Shown: positions 49,473 through 60,200 of the stretch, in pieces
Numbering within the stretch: position 1 is the stretch's first letter
How the letters are laid out: every line of letters starts with the position of its first letter
DNA from: Fibrobacterales bacterium
Lineage (GTDB): Bacteria; Fibrobacterota; Fibrobacteria; Fibrobacterales; JAOPTW01
Direction: 5' to 3'
Length of the DNA stretch: 64,000 nucleotides
Assembly: GCA_051532035.1 (NCBI GenBank)
Contig: JAOPTW010000008.1
Span: 1-64,000, forward strand
Program-made: the position numbers and the translations under genes
Notes under the pieces: model-generated
Databases searched by the model: none
Told to the model about the DNA's origin: nothing
Seen by the model: the letters and a program-made list of their open reading frames with translations, nothing else

Positions 49473-50681
49473 TTATTCACAATGGATACCATTCCACGTT
49501 TTATTTCCACACCAGGCAGGGTGTTCAAAATCATCTTCACCATTCCATTTATAATATCTATAATACTCATATTCAGTTACTGCTGTTTTTCCATCCAAAT
49601 AATTATCTGGATTCTCACCACTGAGGGATGTTGCTTCTGAAATCCAAAAATTAAACACTGCATGGAGAGGCTCTTGTGGAATCAAACTGGCATCATCAAT
49701 TCTCCGTATCTCCGTTTCATTGACAAACCATGCGATATAGGAATCTGTCCACTCTATTGCAAAAACATTTTTTTCTTGGTGATCAATAGGGTGATCCGGA
49801 TGTGAAAATATTAGATCTTTATGCTCAATTTGCCCCCATTCCCAAGCACCTCCTCCCATATCAATAAGTAAATTTGAAGTTGGTTGTCCAGGTACCGCTG
49901 ACATCAACTCAAAATCAATTTCTAACCACTGCTTATCTCTTGGAAGATTAAAGAGGAAAAAGGTTGAAAGGTAATGCCCCTCATTTGGCGCTTTAATTGT
50001 TGTTTCAAATCGACCGTATTTATAGGTTTTTAAGGAGCGTAACTCGCCTGATGCCCAATCTTTATAAGCAAGATCACCATCATAAAAGGGGTCTTGGTAT
50101 TCACCATCTGGATTTTTTAAAGTCCTTTGAGCCCAAAGGAGGTCATTTTCAGTATGTTCTTTTGTCATGATCAGCTTTAATACCCCATCAGAGGTTTCAA
50201 CACCGTGATCAACAAATCGACATTTATTATCCTTCCAACTCCCATCACTCTTTTCCCAAAAGTCAAGATCAAGAGTTTCAAACTCATCTTCGTATACAAG
50301 AGTAAATTCACCTTTTGTAGCTGGTGCGGTAAATTCCTTTTTTGATGAACTAGAAACTACAGTTTCAGATGATGACTCATTACTCGACATCGCCGCAGAA
50401 GAGACTTCCTCACTGGACACATTCTCACTACTCGATTCAACAACGATACTAGAACTACTCACCTCAGAAGACTCTGGCTCTGAAATCCCAACGTCAGACG
50501 ACTCATCTTCAGAACTATCCATATCCACAGTTACTGAACTTTCAGGAGACTCCTCAGATGAAAGTACTTCTTCACTCGACGTTCCATTGCCCGAAGACGA
50601 ATCAGCGGGGTCTGTCCCGAGACACCCTACTAAAAAAACTGATGTAATTGATGCCAGTAACAGCAAACGAATGTGCGTCAT
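49473..50681 (-). CDS. GH16 glycoside hydrolase lipoprotein (licheninase-type ExDxE motif)
   Basis: Lipobox LVGC, Ser-rich linker, SGELRS..TYKYGRFE, WLEIDFE, IEWT..YIAWFVN. Confidence 0.88.
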   Translation of the reverse strand: MTHIRLLLLASITSVFLVGCLGTDPADSSSGNGTSSEEVLSSEESPESSVTVDMDSSEDESSDVGISEPESSEVSSSSIVVESSSENVSSEEVSSAAMSSNESSSETVVSSSSKKEFTAPATKGEFTLVYEDEFETLDLDFWEKSDGSWKDNKCRFVDHGVETSDGVLKLIMTKEHTENDLLWAQRTLKNPDGEYQDPFYDGDLAYKDWASGELRSLKTYKYGRFETTIKAPNEGHYLSTFFLFNLPRDKQWLEIDFELMSAVPGQPTSNLLIDMGGGAWEWGQIEHKDLIFSHPDHPIDHQEKNVFAIEWTDSYIAWFVNETEIRRIDDASLIPQEPLHAVFNFWISEATSLSGENPDNYLDGKTAVTEYEYYRYYKWNGEDDFEHPAWCGNKTWNGIHCE

Positions 50682-50854
50682 CTCTACCCCTATAAATTTG
50701 TATGTGTATGATAAATATAAATTATGAGTCTCCCCCTAACAACAGTGTTTATGTGTTTTTTACATAAAGCATCTTTTTAAAGCTATACCAATGAAATATC
50801 AGCCTCTAGGGAGACTTTAAAAATCAATATTATTTGTTCTTTTTGAGATGGTAC

Positions 50855-50888
50855 AAAAAAAGCCTCTCATTTTCCGAGAGGCTTTTTT
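50855..50888 (-). terminator. Terminator after Kelch/collagen protein
   Basis: AAAAAAGCCTCTC-attttcc-GAGAGGCTTTTTT. Confidence 0.85.
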
Positions 50889-50968
50889 AAATAGATTTTT
50901 TTAAATTAGAATTTTCCTACTATCCCTCTGAAGTAATGCGGGGAATATCATTAATACTTAAATCAAGA

Positions 50969-53900
50969 TTATTGACCAATATCCATATACCAGATTTCCT
51001 GATTGTAGTTTCCAATTCCGTCTTTCCGGCCACCAAAAATCCACAATTTTTCATCATATGAGACAATGCGATGGTCACTCAAAGCACCTGTTGGTAAGCC
51101 CACAGAAAGTTCACTCCAGTTTCTACCATCAGTAGAGAATTTAACTTTATCAGTTTTTGGATTTTCTGAACCCCATTCATCACCACCAGTGAGCCACATT
51201 TTATTATCAAAAACAGCACCTGCCATATCAATATATTCAGTCCATCCATTATTATGTACATTAGTCCAGTTCGAAAAGCTACTCATTTGAGGAGTAGTAT
51301 ATACCTCTCCAGATCTTGTAATTACCCATACAGAGCCATTATAATAGTAGGCTTGCACATCACTCTCAGCAGGTAAATTTGTGCCTGCATGCTGTGTCCA
51401 AGTACCATCAGGGTAACGACAAGTGATATTATTATTTGAATACCCTCTAGTACTTCCCATTAAATGACATGCAGAATTTCCATAGCTAATTGCGCCAAAG
51501 TCATTATAACCAGTATGGAAGTCATGAGTTTCTTCTGATACTGTATAACCATTTATCACATATGATCTACTTCCTCCACTCATTAGTACTGTGGTACTAC
51601 CAGAATTCACTATCCGAGTATCATACCCACCAGAAACGTTATAGTTACCAAACATTGGGCTCCACGAGCTCCCATCTGTACTCGTATATATGCCCTGATT
51701 AGTATAGCCACCTATAGTCATAATCAGCATACCATCGTGTACCCCGCCACTCACTCCATGATTGGTCGTATACGCGATAGGTAATGAGTTTGCAGCTTTA
51801 ACCCATTGATACGCACGCACATCTACACTTGCTTGATTACATGCGCCAAACCGGTCACACACTTTCAAAACTATATTTGAACTTATTGGACTTGAATAGC
51901 TAAAACTTGTAGCGGCACCTGTTCGATCTTCCGAACCATCATTATTAACATCCCAAGAATAGAAGACTTCATCTCCATCTACATCAATAGCAGCGGCAGT
52001 TAATTGAACCGGCTCACTAGTGGGAACAAACTGATTCTCTATCATGCTTGATATTGTCGGAGCAGCATTCCTAACAAACTCTACATCTAGTCTATGATCA
52101 TCAAAAACATCAGTAAATGCATAACTCTCAATAGCTGTAACAAGCTCTCCATCAACTCTTACTACCCGTGCAACATAACCTGGCGACGGATTAAACAGCA
52201 CCGTAAGTGAGCTACCATGAGGTACATATACATCTCCTATATGAGAAGTATTCCCACTCCCCAATTTGGTAATAGAGATTCTATGTTCTCTCAGACTAAA
52301 ATCACCCCGAACCACTAAATCACTTTGAGCATTATAAATAACATCATTAGTTTTTGTTCCAATAGTTCCTTCAACCTGGAACCCAGTAAACTCATAGCCG
52401 GTTTGAGGGTGATTTGAAATAACAACATCTTCACCATGCTGCACTGTAACCTGCCCATCAATTGATCCACCCATCACAGAAGGGTACCAAATACGATATG
52501 TAATTCTTTCGAACACCCCACGAATTACTACACGTGAACGTACATTTATTAATTCATTACCGTTAAGGTCGGCTGTACCTGAAACTATCTCATAGCGAGC
52601 AAACTCGTAACCTGCCTCTGGTGCTGCAACCAATGAGACTATTCCACCATGTACAACAAATGAAGACCCTGTAATTGTTCCTCCGATAGATTGCATATAC
52701 GACACACTGTGTGTTTGTAATTGAAACACCCCACGGACGACGATATCTGAACGTACATTTATTAATTCATTACCTTGAATTTCGGCTATGCCTGAAACGA
52801 GCTCGTAGCCGACAAAAACATAACCATCTTCTGGTTGTGCATTTAACGCAACTACCCCACCATGCACTACACTCGCTGGCCCAGTAACAACACCACCTTG
52901 GATTGGAGCATATTCAATATTATGAAGCTCATCCCATTGAGCATAAAGGGTTTTATTTTCATTAGGAATTTCAATTATAGATTCATCGATATATTCAACA
53001 TTACCGGCGGGCTCACTTGCCCATCCTTCAAATACTCTATCCTCGTGTGTAAACTGGTTTGATTTAATGTGTACTGTTTCAGCAATTACTCCCCACTGAG
53101 GCGCCATCACTCCATTACCACCATTTGCATCAAAGACTAATTTTACCAGTGGTTCACATTGACTAAAACGGACATCTCCATCGCGTGAAAACATCTCCCA
53201 CGAATTACCATCATAGAGGCACGAAATACCAACACCACTCCAATAAAATGCTTGATTAAGTTGAGGATTAGTAGGAAGCTCATCAAAAGCCCCAATCCAC
53301 TGTACTCCAACTCCCGGTGCACCATCAGCTCCATCCTGACCATTTACACCATTTATTCCGTCAGTTCCATCTTGACCATTGACTCCATCAATTCCATTCC
53401 GGCCATTGAGGCCATCGAGCCCGTCATGACCAGCTACTCCTTGTTCGCCCTTTTCTCCATTCAATCCATTGGTACCATCACGGCCTGCAGGGCCCGTTGC
53501 ACCAACAGCAAAAAGCTCCCAAGTACCATCATTGAATACATAACTCTCTTCTGTTGCACTATGATGAAACGCCTCACCTTCAGCAGGTTCTTCAGGATGA
53601 GTATCCATAACTCCAAGCCACGAAATTTCTATTCCTCTTTCAGGATTCTGTAGATCATCACCTGCATATACCTCAATTTCGTAGAGTGAAAACCCCCACT
53701 GAGTAGCCCTTTTGATAAGATCAAGTTTTATGTAGCGATAAGAGCCATAAGAATCAATATGCTGATCAATTCCGCCATTTCCACCATACCGTGAAGAGAG
53801 CTCGGTCCAATTTTGGGAATCTTTTGAGCCTAAAACACGATAGTCTTTACCATAGGCCCCCTCCCACATTAATACAATTTTTTCAATGGGGTATTCTTTT

Positions 53901-54115
53901 TCTAAATCAATCTCATACCATTGGTTATCAAAGAAAGCTGATGCCCAACGAGTAGTCATACTGTTATCGAGCGCTTTACTTGCAGACAAAGAGCTCGATT
54001 CAGAAGATTTTGCTGTAGCAGGTTTATTTACCGAAACCAGTGTTAGATTTTGAGCTGATGCTATAACGGCAAAGAGTAATACACACCAGATAGTTAATTT
54101 ACGAAACGTAATCAT
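50969..54115 (-). CDS. Secreted multidomain protein: F5/8C (CBM32/discoidin), collagen-like Gly-X-Y, InlB-B/Flg-type repeats, PKD-like, Kelch-like propeller
   Basis: TRWAS..DNQW.EIDL...W...YG..Y...S.D..NW...FSLYEIEVY; GXY run; FDANGG.G.M; FDNKMWLTGG, YDEKLWIFGG. Confidence 0.85.
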   Translation of the reverse strand: MITFRKLTIWCVLLFAVIASAQNLTLVSVNKPATAKSSESSSLSASKALDNSMTTRWASAFFDNQWYEIDLEKEYPIEKIVLMWEGAYGKDYRVLGSKDSQNWTELSSRYGGNGGIDQHIDSYGSYRYIKLDLIKRATQWGFSLYEIEVYAGDDLQNPERGIEISWLGVMDTHPEEPAEGEAFHHSATEESYVFNDGTWELFAVGATGPAGRDGTNGLNGEKGEQGVAGHDGLDGLNGRNGIDGVNGQDGTDGINGVNGQDGADGAPGVGVQWIGAFDELPTNPQLNQAFYWSGVGISCLYDGNSWEMFSRDGDVRFSQCEPLVKLVFDANGGNGVMAPQWGVIAETVHIKSNQFTHEDRVFEGWASEPAGNVEYIDESIIEIPNENKTLYAQWDELHNIEYAPIQGGVVTGPASVVHGGVVALNAQPEDGYVFVGYELVSGIAEIQGNELINVRSDIVVRGVFQLQTHSVSYMQSIGGTITGSSFVVHGGIVSLVAAPEAGYEFARYEIVSGTADLNGNELINVRSRVVIRGVFERITYRIWYPSVMGGSIDGQVTVQHGEDVVISNHPQTGYEFTGFQVEGTIGTKTNDVIYNAQSDLVVRGDFSLREHRISITKLGSGNTSHIGDVYVPHGSSLTVLFNPSPGYVARVVRVDGELVTAIESYAFTDVFDDHRLDVEFVRNAAPTISSMIENQFVPTSEPVQLTAAAIDVDGDEVFYSWDVNNDGSEDRTGAATSFSYSSPISSNIVLKVCDRFGACNQASVDVRAYQWVKAANSLPIAYTTNHGVSGGVHDGMLIMTIGGYTNQGIYTSTDGSSWSPMFGNYNVSGGYDTRIVNSGSTTVLMSGGSRSYVINGYTVSEETHDFHTGYNDFGAISYGNSACHLMGSTRGYSNNNITCRYPDGTWTQHAGTNLPAESDVQAYYYNGSVWVITRSGEVYTTPQMSSFSNWTNVHNNGWTEYIDMAGAVFDNKMWLTGGDEWGSENPKTDKVKFSTDGRNWSELSVGLPTGALSDHRIVSYDEKLWIFGGRKDGIGNYNQEIWYMDIGQ
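53320..53500 (-). repeat. Collagen-like Gly-X-Y repeat
   Basis: GATGPAGRDGTNGLNGEKGEQG...GQDGADGAPG. Confidence 0.9.
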
Positions 54116-54173
54116 TGTTTTCCTTTTTTAGGTTAGTTGTTATTAGGGTTTAAATTTTGTGAAGAAATAAAAC

Positions 54174-54210
54174 AATAGTCCTGATTCTGTGTATCAAAAT
54201 CAGGACTATT
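54174..54210 (-). terminator. Hairpin/terminator between the two large surface-protein genes
   Basis: AATAGTCCTGATT...AATCAGGACTATT. Confidence 0.65.
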
Positions 54211-54243
54211 TAATTGAATTATGTAATTAATGAAGGGTTAGAA

Positions 54244-57200
54244 CTATTGGCCGATATCCATATACCAGATTTCCTGGTTATAGTTTCCAATACCGTCTTT
54301 AGCCCCACCAACAATCCACATTTTATTATCATATGAAACCATTCTATGTGTACTCATCGCACCAGTTGGTAAGCCTACAGAAAGATCTGACCAATTAATC
54401 CCATCAGTTGAGAATTTTACATTGTCAGTCTTTGGAGCTGTAGAACCCCATCCATCTCCACCAGATAACCACATTTTATTATCAAAAACAGTACCCGCCA
54501 TTCGCGAATAACTTGTCCATCCATGGTTATGGAGATTAGTCCAATTAGAATAACTACTTATATGGCTAGTAGTGTAAACACTTCCTACACTGGTTATTAC
54601 CCAGGATTTACCATTATAATAATATCCATGAACATCATCCTCAGCAGGTAAATTTGTTCCTGAATGTTGAATCCATGTTCCATCAGAGTACCGACATGTT
54701 ACGTTATTATTTGAATAGCCTCTAGTACTTCCCATTAAATGACATGCTTTATTTCCATAGGCCACTACACCAAAACCATTATAACTCGTAGTATAACTAC
54801 GATACTCTAAAGCAATTGAGGTCCCATTGAGCACATAGTCACCACTACTGCCATCCAACAATATAGTCTCAGTACCAGAATTAACAATTTTAATATCATA
54901 TCCACCACCTAAGTTGTGTGAGCCTCCAAAGTGTGTCCATGATACACCATCTTGACTCGTATATATCCCTTGATTAGGATACCCACCAATTGTAATGATT
55001 AATTTCCCATCATGAACCCCTCCACTCATACCATGATTCGTAGCATGAAGAATCGGCAAACTCGTTGCAGTTCTCACCCAACGATAAGCACGTAGCTCTA
55101 CTGATTGATCATTACATGCACCAAAGCGGTCACAAACCGTTAATTCAATATCTGAGCTTAAAGGGCTGGTATACGTAAAACTAGCATTCGCCCCTGTTCT
55201 ATCAGTAGTACCATTACCATCAACATCCCATGAGTAAGTGACAGCATCTCCATTAGCATCAGCAGCTGCCGCTGTTAATGATACGCTTTCATTGATCGGT
55301 ACAAATTTACTGCCTATCATAGATGAAATTGTCGGAGCTGCATTTACCGCAAAACCAACCTCTAAGGTACGCGCACTGGTAACATTACTAAATGTATAGC
55401 CCGTAAAGTTCGTCACTGTAGCTCCGTCCACCTTAACCGTGCGAGCAACATTCCCATGTGCAGGCGAAAAGGTAACCGGTAACGAACCACCATGGGTTAC
55501 ATTTACATCACCAATACGAGACGTTGATCCACTACCCGTTGTTGTAATGGTTATTTTATACTGTTTAAGACTAAAATTAGCTGTAATTTGAGCGTTCGAC
55601 TTAACATCTTCTAATGTATGGCCATTTATCACTCCTGCATCTGAAGGATTAACCGTATACCCATCAAATTGGTAACCACTTGTAGGAACCGGAGATAGTA
55701 ATATATCACTACCATAAGTGGCAGTTGGTACACCAGTTAAGTCTCCTCCTGCTGTTGCATTATAAGTAAAGTTCAATGTTTTAAAAGTGAACTCCCCACG
55801 CACCGTAAGGTTACTCTGAACATTATAGACTCCATTTACATCGCTCGACCCAAAAGTCCCTTCAATAGTCACATCAGAGAATACATGAGAAATCAAAGGA
55901 TGCTTTGTAATACTAATGTTTTCACCATGAAGAACGGAGATTGGTCCATGTATTTCACCACCTGCAACAGACGTATACGCTATAGAGTAGGTTTTCTTTT
56001 CGAACGTTGGGGTAATTGTAATATTACCACGAATATTCTGAACTGTCTGCCCTACCTTTGTTCCTGGACCCGATACTGTCCAATCTGCCAATTGATACCC
56101 TTGATCTGCACTAAAAGTAAGATTGATTGATCCACCGTGAGATGCTACCTTAGGTCCTGTCACTGAGCCTCCAGTCGTTGTAGCATACGATACGTTATAA
56201 GTATTTTGACTAAATTCTGACTCAATAACCAGTGGCGAAGTAATATTTGTTAACCGGTTTCCAATTAATACCGCATCACCGCTTCTTAATGTATACTGAA
56301 TAAAAGTAAACCCTGCTTCAGGTATATTTGATAAGGTTGCACTACCACCATGATTCACCGTCTCTGGATCCACTGTTACTACACCATTAGGATTACCAAT
56401 AATTGATACATTATATGTTTTTAAAGAGAATGACCCTCTTAACGTAATATCAGTCGTAATCTCTCTAATTTGTGAGCCAACCTTTCTTGCATCACCTGAT
56501 ACAACAGTAAAGTCATGATATTGATACCCTTCATCAGGAGTATTACTCACTGTAATCTCTCCACCATAATAAACAGTTGCATCACCAAAAATAGTTCCAC
56601 CTTGTGAAGTCTCATAGGTAATGGTAAACTGCAGGCTACTAAACTTACCACGAATAGTTAAGTCCGAAGTAATATTAACTAAGTCATTACCATTTAAATC
56701 TGCATCACCTGTCTGGATATATTTAACAAATTCGTATCCAGTAACTGGGGTATTACTTAATGTGGCACTCCCTCCATGGCTTACTGTATTATTATCTACA
56801 ATAACTGCACCAAAACCATCAGGAATTATAGTGATCGTATAGGACTTAATTTCAAAGATTCCACGGACAACGACATCACCAGCTATGTTTTTTAACAAGC
56901 TACCATCAACATCTGCATTTCCACTTACAATTTCATAACGAATAAAATCATATCCTGTACTTGGAGTATTGTTTAATGTTATTGAACCACCATGATCGGC
57001 AGATACAGGCCCTGTGATACTACCATATACTGAAGACTGATACTCTATCGTATAGGACTTTCTACTAAAAGTACCGCGAACCGTTACATCTGAGTAGACA
57101 TTTACGAGTTCATTTCCAATCACATCAGCATTTCCAGTTACGTCATACGCATCAAATTGATATCCTACATCTGGGGATGGCTCTATGGTCACTGATCCGC

Positions 57201-60200
57201 CATGACTTACTGTTTCCCCACCACTCACCGAACCATTATTGGTGTATGGGTAACGAATACGATACTGTTTAAGAGTAAAGGTACCTCGAATCACAATAGT
57301 AGATGTAACATTTGTTAAATCATCTCCAATAAGTTCCGCATCACCACTCAAAATTTCATACCCAGTAAAATCATAACCTGTTTCGGGATTTTTTGACAAA
57401 TCAACTGTTCTACCATGTAGGACTTCAGTATTACCCGAAATTGTTCCACCATTTGAAGTCTGATACTCAATAACATAAGACTTTCTACTAAATACACCCT
57501 TAATGGTTATATTCGAACGTACCTCAGTGACAGAGTGCCCTTGTACTGTCCCAGTTCCTTGAATAATGTCAAATCTTACAAAATCATATCCAGCATTCGC
57601 CGATGTAGTCAACTGAACAGAACCTCCATGATCAACGTTAGCTGATGACCCTTCAACGACCCCACCAACAGTTGATTCAAAACGCACTTGATACTTCTTA
57701 AGGTCAAACACCCCCTCTACTGTGATATTAGAAGTAATATTCTGAACTTGGTTTCCCAGTACCGTTGCATTTCCAACAACTGAAAGAGCAATAAAGTCAT
57801 ATCCTTCATTGGTAATTGCTGTAACGGGAACAGTGCTACCATGAGTAATAGTTGTGTTACCTGTTACCGATCCACCGGAATTACTCACATACGATACTGT
57901 ATAAGTATTTATCTCAAAATGCCCACTGATGACAATATCAGATGTCACGTTTATAAGAGCATTTCCATTTATATCAGCCGATCCTGATTCTACAATAAAC
58001 TCTTCAAAATGATGGCCTGTGATTGAACTATGTGTTAGCGAAACAGATCCTCCGTGAGCTACACGATCATCTCCATCAATTGTTCCACCATAAGTATTTC
58101 TGTAAGTGATTTCATAAACTCTTTGAGAGAATTGGCCCGTTATGGTTATATCTGAGGTAATATTACTCAATACATCTCTATCTAAATCAGCAGTACCATT
58201 AACATCATAGCGTACAAAGTTAAATCCAGCTTCAGGAAAATTCTCAAGTGTAATTGCTCCCCCGTATTCAACACTTGTAAGACCACTAACCGATCCATTT
58301 TGTGAAGTAGCAAAGGCTATGGTAAAATAAATACGTTCCCACTCAGCATAGAGAACCACATCGTCGCCACCCATAGTAAAAGATTCTTGATCAACATAAG
58401 CAATTGCACCTCCCGCTGTTGTAGACCAACCTTTAAACGTATAACCAATTCTTTCAAAAGCATTTTCTGGAAGAGTTACCGCAGCATCAGTAGTTGCGTA
58501 ATGAAGTGCCATTGTTCCTCTAGATGCACCATTAGCCATAAAAGTAATACTATTAGTATTTGCAGCCCATTGAGCAAAGAGTTCTACACCTTCTGCCGCC
58601 ATCACATACTCAGCTTGTTCGCCATATACAACCGCACCATTTTCTGTGAGGGCCCAGCCAGCAAAGCTATATCCTGGTTTTATAAAACTATTTTCAGTCA
58701 ATTCTATTGTTACATTAGTTGCCGCAACTTGAACTGCCATGTTACCCGAACCGCCATTGGCATTAAACAATACCGAATTATCCAGTGCAGACCAAACAGC
58801 ATACAATGCTTGAGCACCTGCTCCCATGGTAAATTCAGAATTATCATCATACACTACAACATCACTGTCTGTTAATGCCCATCCTTGAAAGGCATACCCA
58901 GAACGAACATATTGATTAACGGGTAGAGTTCCCTTCTCATCTGTATCCATAGAAACATCATCCATATTTCCTGTTTCTGATCCATTACCAGCAAAAGAAA
59001 GTACATTATTATTTGCAGACCATTGGGCATACAATGTTACACTTGAGACTCCCATAGTATATTGAGCTTGATTTTCTATCGAAACAGCACCATCAACAGT
59101 TGTTGACCAACCTATGAACTGATAACCCTCTTTTTCAAAGGTAACAGCAGGCAATTGTGCAGTAGCTACTGTTGCAATTTCAACAGCAGGCATTGTTCCT
59201 GCCCCACTATTCGCCTCAAAGCTTACAGTATTTATTTGTGCTGACCATTGAGCGAACAACGTTGTGTCCTGAGTAATTCTATCTGCTGTATAACTCCAAC
59301 TATTCGTGAGTTCTACCTCTTTACACCAACCACCAAAGTGATAGCCTTGTTTTGAAGGATGTATCGCCGATTCGAAAAGCGCTCCCTTTGATTTAATAAT
59401 TTGGCTATTAATAGTGCCAACACCACCTGAAAGATTAAAATCAACAGTAAAGTTTTCTACAGTAGTAGTATCGTACACAACATTTCCATCATCATCAGTA
59501 GCTCGTAGTATATAACTATAAACACCATCAGTACCAGAATTCACCCAATCAACCTTTGTGCTCGTCTCTAAAACAAGCCAAGCGGTATCAGCTACTTCTT
59601 TGAAGGCATACTCTTCAATTTCACCAAATCCATCAGTACCTACCCAAGAGAAGTACAATGAATCAACACCAACATTTAAAGTGTCTTCATATACGAGGGA
59701 TACAACAGGCTTATCCTGAAGTACTTCGACATTCACGACAGATTCAACAATATTGCCATCGTTATCAGTTACTCGTATAGATACTGGGTACTCGATTACA
59801 GCGACAGAAGGTAATTGAAGAGATAGTGTTGGAGTAATTGTCTCTATGTACTCATTATCACCATACTTCCATTCAGTCATGGTAATCAAACCACCATTAA
59901 GTGAATCTCCCGAAGCATAAGTTACTGAAATCAAGTCATTTATTGAGGCTGCAGGAACCGGTTCTATTGTAAGCCAAGGTTTTGCATTCCATGCATCAAT
60001 AGGTGCAATGGCAATATTTAATTGAGCAATAGTAAAAACTTGATGAGCAACCCCAGTAACTCGCTCTCGGCTATCTTTTATATTCACATCTACAGTGTAA
60101 TTCATTCCAGGTTGGCGAAGGTCATAATGCCCTGCATACGTACCTGATTCATAGTCAACAACTGCACTTATCAGCACTGGAGCAATCAAATTATCACCAG

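Noticed and set aside
55570..59460. CRISPR or DNA-level tandem array
   Set aside because: Periodicity is degenerate protein-domain repetition inside one ORF; no identical repeats with unique spacers
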